Of a stretch of 64,000 nucleotides of DNA, positions 11,678 through 22,254 are shown piece after piece. Source of the DNA: Octopus sinensis (taxonomy: Eukaryota). The notes beneath the pieces were generated by a model. The model saw nothing but the letters and a program-made list of their open reading frames with translations. It did no database searches and was not told the origin of the DNA. Every line of letters begins with the position of its first letter. Within the stretch, counting starts at the first letter, position 1. Made by a program: the position numbers and the translations under genes. The stretch is from contig NW_021832837.1 in NCBI RefSeq assembly GCF_006345805.1, forward strand, positions 34,299-98,298, in the 5' to 3' direction.

Positions 11678-13273
11678 AAGTGATTCTTAACGGGGGCGCC
11701 AGCGCCCCCTAGGGGCACTGGAACATATTAGGGGGCGCTGGAATTTTATTTTTATAATTATTATAAATATTTATATTAGTTTTTGTAAATCATTATCACA
11801 TGCTTTTCTATTAATTCTAAATTAACAATTTTTAAAACTGTTGAACAATACCCTTTAACAATATTACAGATCAATTACACGAGCAAAGAATTTATAGATA
11901 ATTGTTATAACTTTATCATTTAGTAAATTGATTTTATTGAAAGCTGATATTACGTGTGGACACTACAATCAAGACGGACACTATAGTGAGTAATAATAAA
12001 CCGGACATTTTTGTCTTTGACAAAGTTCGGAATATTATTGCGCTTATCAAAATTGGGATTACTTCTCAGCAATCCTTGAAGCAAGTAGAAGTAGAAAAAT
12101 TACATAAATATGACCTTTTGGCGAACGAATTGAAGGTAATCCATAAAGCAAAAATGAATGTCATACCGTTGGTTATTACGTGGGATGGAATAACATCAAG
12201 ATTCTATAAACACTACCAGAACTCCTTGCAAGTCCAGGAATCTACGCGAGCTCATATCCAGTCAATCGTGATCAAGAGAACATTGGAAAGCATGCGCCCG
12301 GAGTATAAACTCCTTCCTACAGCGGCGAAGCATGCAATTAAATCGGACTCGAGAACAATTACAAAAGTGGCCTGCCCTGTAAAATGGATAAGTGTACCCG
12401 TCGAAGACACTTGCTCGGGCTCGAAGAGGAGGAGAATTGACTGAACGCAGACTCAATAATTAAAAATCAATTTTATCTGGACTTTTCAAATAAATAATTA
12501 TTTAATTTGAAAGCTGATATAGTTTATCTAGCTGATATTTTTCATAAAATTAATGAAATAAATATTAGATTGCAAGGAAACAAAATTAATTTAATAAATG
12601 TTAAAGGAATTATTATGCCTTTTATTGAAAAAATACATCTCTATGAAAACAATATCAAGAAAAAGATGTTTATTAATTTTCCAAGTCTACACAAATTTGG
12701 GGTTTTTTTGTGATAATAATGAAAATTGGCTTTGAAGATTTAGCAAATTTAAAATTTTTTGATTGATATATAAATTCATTTAAAACTGAAAATGTTAATT
12801 TATCTCCAGAAATAACAGAACATTTATTAAATCTGAAATATGATCTTGAAGCTAAAATCATTTTTTTACAAACTTGGATATCAACAATTCCGGATTACAC
12901 ATAGAAAAAAATTCTCAATTGTGAAATGAAGTTGAAACGCTTATAATATCATTTTTTTCAACGTAGTTAAAAAAAATTTAGTGCAGTCTCCAATATTTTG
13001 ATCAAAAAAAATATAAATTCCAAATTGTGAATAGATGAGATTTGAGACTTAATCTGTCAAATAGGGAGGCTGACATAAGTAAACTGACAAATTCTTATCA
13101 GACACAAAGCAGTCATTAAATATTCGATAACATTAAAATTAAGAAATTGTCTAAAAAATTGCCGAATAAATCTATAATTGAAAAAATAATTAATTTTAAG
13201 GGTGCGCTGAAATTTTAGAGTTTTAAAATTGTGTCAAAAGGGGCGCTGACTTAAAAAAGGTTAAGAACCACTG
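11678..13273 (+). mobile_element. hAT (Buster/Charlie-like) deletion derivative
   Basis: TIRs (C)AGTGATTCTTAAC / GGTTAAGAACCACTG, imperfect 8-bp TSD ttataaac/ttatagat, transposase remnant VYLADIFHKINEINIRLQG. Confidence 0.75.
11951..12506 (+). mobile_element. 5'-truncated R2-superfamily (R4/NeSL-like) RLE retrotransposon nested in the hAT
   Basis: NKPDI..D..IGITSQ..EKLHKYDLLANE PD-(D/E)xK nuclease. 14-bp TSD TTGAAAGCTGATAT (11937-11950 / 12507-12520). Confidence 0.85.
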
Positions 13274-13380
13274 TTATAGATGGATTAATTTTATAAACAA
13301 AAATCAATAGGTTTAACATAAAACTCGAATATCTCCTAGATCTAGACAAGTAAATTAGTAACAACAGAAAAACAAGTAAA

Positions 13381-14143
13381 TTATTCTTTTTGGACAGCCT
13401 GATAGTACCGTTGACTCACATCAGCCCAGTTGACAACGTCCCAGAGTTTATTGACATAATCTGCTCGGACATTCATATATTGCAAATAATATGCGTGCTC
13501 CCACACATCGAACCCAAGCAAGGGGATCAAACCTGCATATATATACAGTACTGTACCAACCATGAACTGATTCCAAAGGATCCTGGTTAGCACAACATGC
13601 GATAGTCAATTTTCGATACTTAGGATCAAATCCAAGCCATCCCCAACCAGATCCTTGTATTGAGATTGTTGAGGAAGACATGAGAGATTTAAAATTATCG
13701 AAAGATTTAAAAGAATCACAAATTGCCGTCATTAAAGAATCTTTCTAATAAATTAAATGTTATTTACCTTTAGGTAGCCCTCCGCCATTAGGAGACAGGT
13801 TATTCCAAAATATGGAATGATTTATGTGTCCCCCGCCATTAAAGCGAAGGCTAGGCTGGAGAGAAATGGCTTCACTGATCTGTCCTAAATACATTGTTTG
13901 TAGCATTAAAACTGCCTTTGTTTATATATTGTTCAATTTTAGTTGTAATTGAATTTAAATTATTTAAATATGTCGCGTGATGCTTTTGGTGGTGAAGTTC
14001 CATTATTTTGCTACTTATGACAGGTTCTAATGCATCATATGAATATGGTAATTTTGGCAGTGAATGTCCAAAGCGAGAGAAAGCTCTACATTGAATTATA
14101 TTTAGCTTTACTTTTTAATCGAGAAACTAGAACTACTTAACAT
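13381..14143 (-). CDS. SOD2: Mitochondrial Mn superoxide dismutase
   Basis: [56 protein letters not shown]. Ser-rich N-terminal leader; micro-introns. Confidence 0.95.
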
Positions 14144-15115
14144 TGTTATTAAATTAATTAGTTAGTTTTAAAAATATTTAAAATTTTAATTATTATTTTT
14201 ATAATGTAAAAAATCGCTTTAACTTATATCATGTCTTGATACCGACAGGACTTAAAATTTCTAAGGAATGCTTGAACCAGTCGGACGACAGCGACAACAG
14301 GGAGTCAACATCTTTGCGTTCAAGTATGGGAATTTGGTTGTTTGGGACGCAATATGGATAAAAAATTTTGCCTCACATTTTTGAACATTTCCGTTTTGAT
14401 TAATGAATAGATTTCTTTCGGGGCAAAGAGAAAAAATATAAAATAATATGCCTTTCTTTAGAGTTTTTTTTGTTCTTTCCATTATTGAAACCAGTGATGT
14501 AATCGGCGATTTTTAGCGTGGATTCTACAAGGCCTTCCGATTCTGGGCACTGATCTTTAAAATCTAACAACTGATCTCTACGAAGACTCTTGATTGCCGG
14601 AAAGAGTGTAAATAGGACTTTAGTTTCATCAATAATAATTTCTATATCAAATCTGAGATAAATAATGTCTTCTTTAACAATTATAATCAAATAAATACAA
14701 AAGTTATTGATAAAGTTTAGTAATGTTTTCACGAGTCTTTATGACTTCTATAATTCGGTCTCTAATCATTTAATAAGATTCCGTGCAAAAGTTTCCACAA
14801 CAGGAAAATTCTAGAAGGCTAAAAGGACAAAGATTTGATATCATTGGCATTGAAAACTTCTCAATTTTACCGTTTTCAAAGATACGGAAAATGTTCGAGG
14901 TTTAGGAAAATGAATTAATGTAAAATGAGCTGTATAAATCCAAATTTATGGTATGAAATAAAGCAGTAATAAAAATAAAATTATATTAGGGCATTCAACA
15001 GTAAATTGATAACGAGAAAAATATTTAAATTATTTATATTTCTAAGAATACATTTATAATTTTATTGGAATTTCCGCATGACACATTTATATTTGGCTTT
15101 AGCGTGAAAAAAGAA

Positions 15116-16243
15116 ATGGTATGTCTCTATTTATTATTAGGAGCGTTAGCTTTTCAAACACTCGGTAATTTTAAATTTAATGTGAAATCTATCCATAGGC
15201 TATCCATGGAAATTGAAAATTTTTTTCGAAGACATCCCTGTTTGCTTTATAATTAATAACTATAGAGAAACGATGTTTTAGCGACAAAACAAGTGATAAT
15301 TTTTAGCTATATAATAGGCTCTCTCTGATGTAATTGAAATAACCGAAGTTGATAGTTCAAATGAATTAAATCACTTGGTTATCAAAATAGAGTTCGTTTT
15401 ATTATTTTTAATCTTTCAAAGTGAAGACAACAAAATTATGGATAAAATATACACCGAGGATGAGAGTAAAGTAATATACGTAAAATACAACAATAAAAAT
15501 GTAATTAAAATTAAATTTATATAGAAATATTATGGAGCAATTCTATATAATATATTACACTTGTTTGGTTTGCCAAATTCGACAAATACAAATCATATTA
15601 TGAATAATACTTTGTGGTAATTTTATGTCATTCTTATTTAAGTAATCGAATATTGTCACCAAATGAATTGGATTATCTTCAAAATATGAACCATCTTTCG
15701 AATGACAGTATTCAAAAATTTAATTTTTAGCAACTTTATCACTTCTTTTGGAAAGTAGAATAACACCAACAGAAAAGCCAACAACAGTGTCCTTGAAAAG
15801 TAAAATAACACCAACAGAAAAGCCATCAACAGTGTCCTTTAAAAGTAGAATAACACAAACAGAGAAGCTAACAACAGTGTCCTTGAATACTTTAGAAAGT
15901 AGAATATCTATCAAATAATATCTTTTAGCCCATGAAAGCTTACATGGCTTTAATAATGGTAAAAACATTTATTTATAAATATTATTTTTTAAATCACTTT
16001 GTTAGACATCTCACTTTCTGCTTCTAACAAAAATTCGACTATTTCTAAAAATAATTCAAAATTCAAAATGCTGTATCTCATACCTATTGTCATTACACTT
16101 CTGATACTCTCGATCATTATCTTCCTTGTTGTCAGGAAAAAAAGAAAATCGCTTAAATCGGATAATTTAAAACGGTAATTTTAAATTCAAATTTTATTGA
16201 AAGATATCTATCTCAAAAGCAGCACCTAGTAAATTTAAACTAA
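15116..16243 (+). CDS. Type I membrane protein: signal peptide, matrixin-like pseudo-catalytic domain, S/T/P-rich stalk, TM helix
   Basis: Continuous ~280-aa frame after removing ~9 GT-AG micro-introns: MVCLYLLLGALAFQTLG...LYNILHLFGLPNSTNTNHIM...RILSPNELDYLQNM...(15-aa repeat x3)...LYLIPIVITLLILSIIIFLVV-RKKRK. Confidence 0.65.
15752..15887 (+). repeat. 45-bp coding tandem repeat x3 (S-R/K-ITPTEKPTTVSL)
   Basis: Visible 45-bp period, in frame within the membrane-protein stalk. Confidence 0.9.
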
Positions 16244-16358
16244 AATAATAATAAATTATTAATACTAACAAAGATTTTTTGGGTTTATAATTTTCATTTT
16301 TTCTATAATCATATAAACTTAGTTTATAATTGAAAATTACTATTAATTTTAAAATAAA

Positions 16359-16800
16359 TTAGCTCGCCTCGCTCACCGCGACCTAGCTCTTGCGGAGGGC
16401 CTGTTTCATCAAACAACTATAAATTTATGTAAATATATTAAACGATCTGGTTTGATGTAACTCTATTCAAACGCCTGTTGATAAAATATATTTGTTGTCC
16501 GTCCTTCCTTGGGATATATGAATAAATTTTCTCTTCTACCTACTTTTGGGCATCCACATACAGCTGTCCATAGGAAAAGAACTCGGTCTCTAAAAATAAA
16601 TATACTATCTTTAACGACTGTCTCTTAGCATAAACAGTTTTAATTAATTACCTTGAGCTGAGCTACCTCATCATCTGAGTCGAGGACATGCATGTTGTTC
16701 ATTTTAACCAACATCTAGAAAATATTTTTTTTAATTTTTTTGGTGAGAAGGTTTTAAGGACCTCATCATTGAGGATTTTTTGAAGGACCTCGTCAATTAG
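16359..16800 (-). mobile_element. Helitron 3' fragment, same family as 7781-9834
   Basis: Reverse-complement match to the 3' end and helicase tail of 9540-9834, plus partial minisatellite units. Confidence 0.85.
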
Positions 16801-16875
16801 AGCTTGTTCCCTATTATTGGCAAATTATAAAGGGAAATGATTTTGACAATTTATCTGTAGTTTGCTAATTTAAAG

Positions 16876-17410
16876 TTGGCTATCCTTGGTATCGATATGT
16901 CAAAGGCTTTTGACTGTGTCCGTCGTGACCTACTAATCGGGGTTTTGGAAAGCTTCCTAGAGGTGGATGAAGTGAGAATGATACAGTTACTGCTTGCTAA
17001 GACAGAACTTCTGTTCGTATTGGGTCAGTCTCTTCCAGGCGGCTCAAAACGAATGTCGACACGCCTCAAGGAGATTTTCTCCCCCCTGCTATTTGTAATC
17101 TATCTGGAAGCCGCCTTGAGAGATTTGAGAATTTTCTATAATGATTCTATTACCGAAATTGTATATGCCGACGATGTGGACTTTGCCTCGGACAACATAG
17201 ATGATCTAATTCATTTACTAAACAATTTTCCACGGATGCTTAACAAATGGTTCCTGATAATTAACACTTCCAAAACTGAAGTGACAGAGATAAAACGAAT
17301 GGACACCAGAATTGGTGAAACATGGTGGAACGTCAAAAAACTCGGCTCCCTACTTGGAGACAGTGAAGACATTTCTCGCAGAAAGATGCTTGCTCCTGCT
17401 GCTCTTACTG
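16876..17410 (+). mobile_element. RTE-like LINE reverse-transcriptase fragment
   Basis: IDMSKAFDCV, SPLLFVIYLE, YADD, KKLGSLLGD. Related to the element at 28.5-30.5 kb. Confidence 0.85.
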
Positions 17411-18180
17411 TATTAACATCTAAAATATATGAAATAAAAAGATCGGAAGTTTGCAAAATGATTTTTAGGCAAGTTAAGTCATTGAGAACTGTTAAGTCAT
17501 CTAAATTGTAGTTTAAACTATTAATGGCATCTAAACCTCCCATTACACCTATAATGGGACAGATATATTATCAATCTGGTGGATCTACGAAGATAATCGA
17601 AAATAAACGATTCGTTCTCATGGGTTTGGCTTTATATATTTATAGAAAGATTATCGTACCTATCGACTCTTTTTTCAAATTTGGCGTAGTTGAAGCTGCC
17701 AAATCAAAATTTGTAATTGACATTTCCGATATCATAAATGGGATTTTCTGCATAATTGAGTCGCCAATTATATTGCACATTGACAATGAAACAGATTTTT
17801 TATTTCCATTTTGTCAAAGATGAAGAAACTCACTAAGAACACACAAATATACACATATCAAAATTATCTAAATTACAAAAATACTGGATTTCTGATTTAA
17901 AATAAAATAAAACTAAGAATTTTTTGGTTACTTCGCGGACCAAGGAATTTTTAGGGCCAATGAGTTAAGTTTTTTTTAAATTTAGTATGTATGGAAAAGT
18001 TTAATTAGTTTCATTAATAATAATTTCTATATCAAATCCGGAATGAATAATTTTCTGTTTTATAATTATCGCAATAATAAAATTTCTGCTTTACTATCAC
18101 TAACTTCAAATTAGCAAAATACAAATAAATTTTCAAAATCCTTTCCTTTTATAAATAGTCAATTATTAGGACTAAGCCTA

Positions 18181-18500
18181 AAATGATGAGGTTTTCAAAA
18201 ATCTTCCACCAAAAAACTAACATATCAAAAATATCCTCAATGATGAGGTCCTTAAAACCTTCCCGCCAAAAAAATTAGCTGGTCAGTTTGAAATATACAG
18301 AAAAATTAACTGAATCATCCAAGAATAAAATGATTCTATCATTTTTATTGATGCACCGGGTGGTACAGGTAAGACCTATCTTCTAAATTTATTGTTAGTG
18401 AAGGTGAAAAGCGAAAATCAAATAGCATTAGCATTCCCTTGAATTGCTGCAACTCTTTTAGATAGCGGTCGATCAGCACATTCAACTTTCCGTTCAACCT
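18181..18500 (+). mobile_element. Helitron fragment: minisatellite remnants plus PIF1-like helicase motif I
   Basis: FIDAPGGTGKTYLLNLLL..IAATLL.SGRSAHSTF, preceded by degenerate copies of the ~93-bp unit. Confidence 0.8.
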
Positions 18501-18569
18501 GTATTACAATACTCAGCTGGTTTTTAATGTGAAAAAAATAAATTCCGGGTAGTAGAATTATGAAACGAA

Positions 18570-19440
18570 AAGTTTACATTCATTACATTACAAATGCAAC
18601 AAAAACATTCATTCCAATATTAAAGAATCTTTTTTGTGGTTGCAGAAAGGCAATATAAGCCCAAGAAGTGAGGGTTTATATTGCTTACTGCAAGATAGAA
18701 ATCTGTTCTGGTCAAAACGAGATGTAAATTGTCCGCACTGCAAACTGGCTAAGAAGTCAGTCGACCACCTCGCTACATGATGTAACAGAATGCTGAATTG
18801 TGAATACACGAAGAGACACAATGAACTCGTAAGATGCTTGCATCTCCACCTATGTCGCCTCTTTGGATTAAAATCAACAAAAAGGATAAAATCACACTCT
18901 GTCCAGTCTGTCACATCAAACGATGTGGTAGAAATCAGAGTGGACACTACGATAAAAACAGAACTAAAGATACAATTCAATAAACCTGACATTTTAGTCT
19001 ATGACAAAAAAAGAAAACATGATAACAATCATTGAAATAGGAATTACGTCGCAAGACAACTTGCAAAAGATGGAAGTTGAAAAACTCCACAAATACGACC
19101 TACTTGCAAGTGAGATCGGACTGTTACATAGTGCCAAAGTACAAATTGTACCAATTGTTTTGACGTTGGATGCAATTACAACTAAATTCTACCCGAAATA
19201 TTGCCAAAAACTGAAGTTACCGGATAAAATTAAATCATACATACAGTCTGTTATTCTCAGAGCAACCTACCAAAGTATGAACACAAAATACAAATTTGGG
19301 CTTACCAATAGCGTCGGAAAAGACACCACAGATACATTGTGTGTCGATACTACCGATGTCCGCACTCCCAGAGCCAATATGTCCCAGAGCGGGAACAAGA
19401 GACAAAGATTAGAATGACAAAATTAGTAACACTATACATA
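18570..19440 (+). mobile_element. R4/NeSL-like RLE retrotransposon 3' fragment (second copy)
   Basis: CPHC..DHLAT.C zinc knuckle, RHNELVR, NKPDI, EIGITSQ, EKLHKYDLLASE. TSD not found. Confidence 0.85.
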
Positions 19441-19527
19441 AACTATCAAATAACTAAAAATTATTTTAAATAAAATTTCACACAGAACGTGCACATTTTT
19501 ATCTTTGTCAGAATGTCCTCTTTAACT

Positions 19528-20252
19528 TTTTTTTTCATTTAATTTACACACAACAACAAAGTTAAGAAACATATTCGAGTGAAAAGGTAGAATTATGTTT
19601 ATGGTGGATATGTAGCCTGGCGGATTGCCAAACTGTTTCCGCGGATAATGGCGATCGAGAGCCGTTGCATTAGCCAGTTCGCCTCCCGAGGATCATGGGT
19701 GCGCATTGAGATTTTGGCTCCGAGCTTGCGAAGGAACTTTTCAGTTTTTGGACCGAGAGCACCCGACGTCTCAGCCGCGATCGGCACCACGGAAAACTTC
19801 TCCGAGAGGGCAGAATATTTTAAAAGCTTTAAATCTTCAGCCTTCTTAGCTGCAGATTTGGCCTCCAGGGCACACGAAGTTAAGTGAGAAGCAGAAAAGG
19901 TGTCGCAGCAGGTTGCGTCCCAAACGAGGCCTTTTCCGCCTTCGAAGGGGAAAAGGGTCATCCCGTCAGGACGTTTCCCGTCGCCGCGGTCAAGGCCCGG
20001 TGGTTCGAGAACCGAAGGAAATCCCGCCGAGTCGAGGGCCCTCCGTATGATGTCGTTCATGGCAGAGTGCCTCGGGAAACGTCCGGCACTCCTCCTGCAC
20101 GATAAAGGGTGCAGACCGAAAGGGTCAACAGTGCAGCCACAGCGGCACGTGTGCGAAACACATTGCCTTAGTCCGAGTCGCAGAGAGACTCCGATCCTTA
20201 CCGCTTCATCGTCAAGGAGAGTGCCAGATGGGGCGTTCGGGAATGCACAAAG
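19528..20252 (-). mobile_element. 5'-truncated CRE-like retrotransposon (copy B)
   Basis: CRCG..HPLSC..GRFPRH..RPDG..WD..ETSG, short poly(A) tail, 11-bp TSD CCTCTTTAACT (19517-19527 / 20253-20263). Confidence 0.9.
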
Positions 20253-20286
20253 CCTCTTTAACTATTTCAATAAATAAAAATACATA

Positions 20287-21741
20287 CACCCTTCGTCACT
20301 GAAAACCGGACAAGCTATTTTTGATGATTTTATTAATTAAATATGAAAAATCAAAAACTTAAGCTTAATATTTTTACTTAATAATAATAATTGTATAATA
20401 ATTATTAATTATGCTATTATAGAACTAATATTTAAAGCAGAATTTCAATTTACCTAAGACATGTAAAACCGGACAAAAATAAAAACAAGTCATTTAGTAG
20501 TTAATATGTCCACCATTTGCACTGAAAATTTTATAACATCTATTTTTCATAGACATTACTAGTTTTTTCAATAATTCTAGTGATATATTATTCCATATTT
20601 CTGTTAATTTGTCCTTTAGTTCATTTTTGTTTTTGACTACATTTTTTGATGATTCTCTTTTCATTTCTGCCCATAGATGTTCTATCGGGTTTAGATCCGG
20701 TGATTGAGCCGGCCATTGAAGTAAAATAATGTTTTTTTCTTTAATATAATCTTGTATTATTTTAGATTTATGGCAAGGTGCATTATCTTGTTGTAAGATA
20801 AATGAGTCTATTCTGAATTTTTTGATACATTCGAATATATTATTGGATAAAATATTAATATATTTTGCGCTATTCAAGATTCCATCAATAAAAACAAGAT
20901 TACCGACTCGGTTATACGGAAACTGCCCCAAACCATTACTTTTCCATCACCGAATTTTACAGTTGGGACAATATTGCATTTTTTGTATGCAGAACCATTT
21001 TTTATATACACTATTTGATGCTTATTGATATTAAAAATATCAAAAGACCATTCATCGGTAAAAATTACCGACTTCCATGTCTCGTCGGAAATGCTTAAAA
21101 ATGATTTCGTAATTTCACGTCTTAAAATTATATTTTTTGTGGATAAAAGAGGTTTTCTTTTAGCAGCTCGGCCATATAATCCTTTCTTATTTAAAATTCG
21201 AGATACTATTCTTGTTGAAATTTTTTTTTGAACATAGTTTTAATTTCGATGCTAAGAGTTTTGGCACTTTTATTAGGGGTATTATTTGATAGTTCTACTA
21301 AAATCAAAATTTCTTCCTCTTTCAATATTTTTTTCTCTCAGTTCCCGGATGTCTGTTAATTGATCCAGTTTTTTTGAATTTCTGAATCACATCTGATACA
21401 GTTGATTTTGGGACTCCTATACTTGTAGAAATCATTCGATAAGTCATATTATGATTATAAATGCAATAATTTGTCCTTTCAGGAAATCTGAAAGGTGACT
21501 TCTTCTTTGACTATACATTTTTAGCTTCTTTTCAACGACTTTTAGATCTATAAAAGTTTTGTCCGGTTTTACATGTCTTAGCTAAATTGAAATTCTGCGT
21601 TAAATATTAGTTCTATAATAGAATAATTAATACACAATTATTATTATTAAGTAAAAATATTAAGCGTAAGTTTTTGATTTTTCGTATTTAATTAATAAAA
21701 TCATAAAAAATGGCTTGTCCTGTTTTCGGTGACGAGGGGTG
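20287..21741 (-). mobile_element. Tc1 (DD34E) transposon, decayed
   Basis: ~195-bp TIRs CACCC(T/C)TCGTCAC..., TA TSD. Transposase from ~21518 with QQDNAPCH..WPAQSPDLNPIEHLW. Confidence 0.92.
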
Positions 21742-21743
21742 TA

Positions 21744-22250
21744 TATCAAATTTGGATTCACTCTGATAACTTCTGGCGGTAAAATAAAACCACAATGTGT
21801 CCTATTTTATGAGGTTTTGGGGTCTACTTTACTTAAGCTGAGTAAGTTAAAAAGGCATCTGGAATCCAAATATCCTAGTTCAATACACAAGGATCTTGAT
21901 TTTTTTAATTTAAAGCCACAAATTGAACAATTTCAGATTTGATCAATCTGGAATTTGGTCCAAAAATAATTCATCGGGCTTGAAAACCTCTTATCGAATC
22001 AGTATGAAAATTGCTTCTAAAAAGAAATCCCACAATCAAAGAAAACGGTTGGCATTTTAGAATGAAAAAAAACACTAAACGTTTTCCTCAAGATTTCGAA
22101 CAAATGCTGAGAACAGAACTTACGAAGATATGGAGAGTTACCTGAAGAATGGTTTTCGGATCATTGGGGCTGGTTAAAACTTCACCGGACTATCCATCCG
22201 AGTCTGTGTGTTTCAGAGAAAACGGGAAAATGTGAATTCTATAATGATGT
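21744..22250 (+). mobile_element. hAT Buster-like transposase N-terminal remnant
   Basis: IKFGFT..KPQCVL..EVL..SKLKRHLESK BED-finger-like segment. Confidence 0.65.
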
Positions 22251-22254
22251 ATTA

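Noticed and set aside
13912-13945. Possible GC-AG intron in SOD2
   Set aside because: An in-frame GT donor 3 nt downstream explains the exon equally well.
15720-15968. Minus-strand hydrophobic repeat ORF
   Set aside because: It is the antisense of the in-frame Thr/Ser/Pro stalk of the plus-strand membrane gene.
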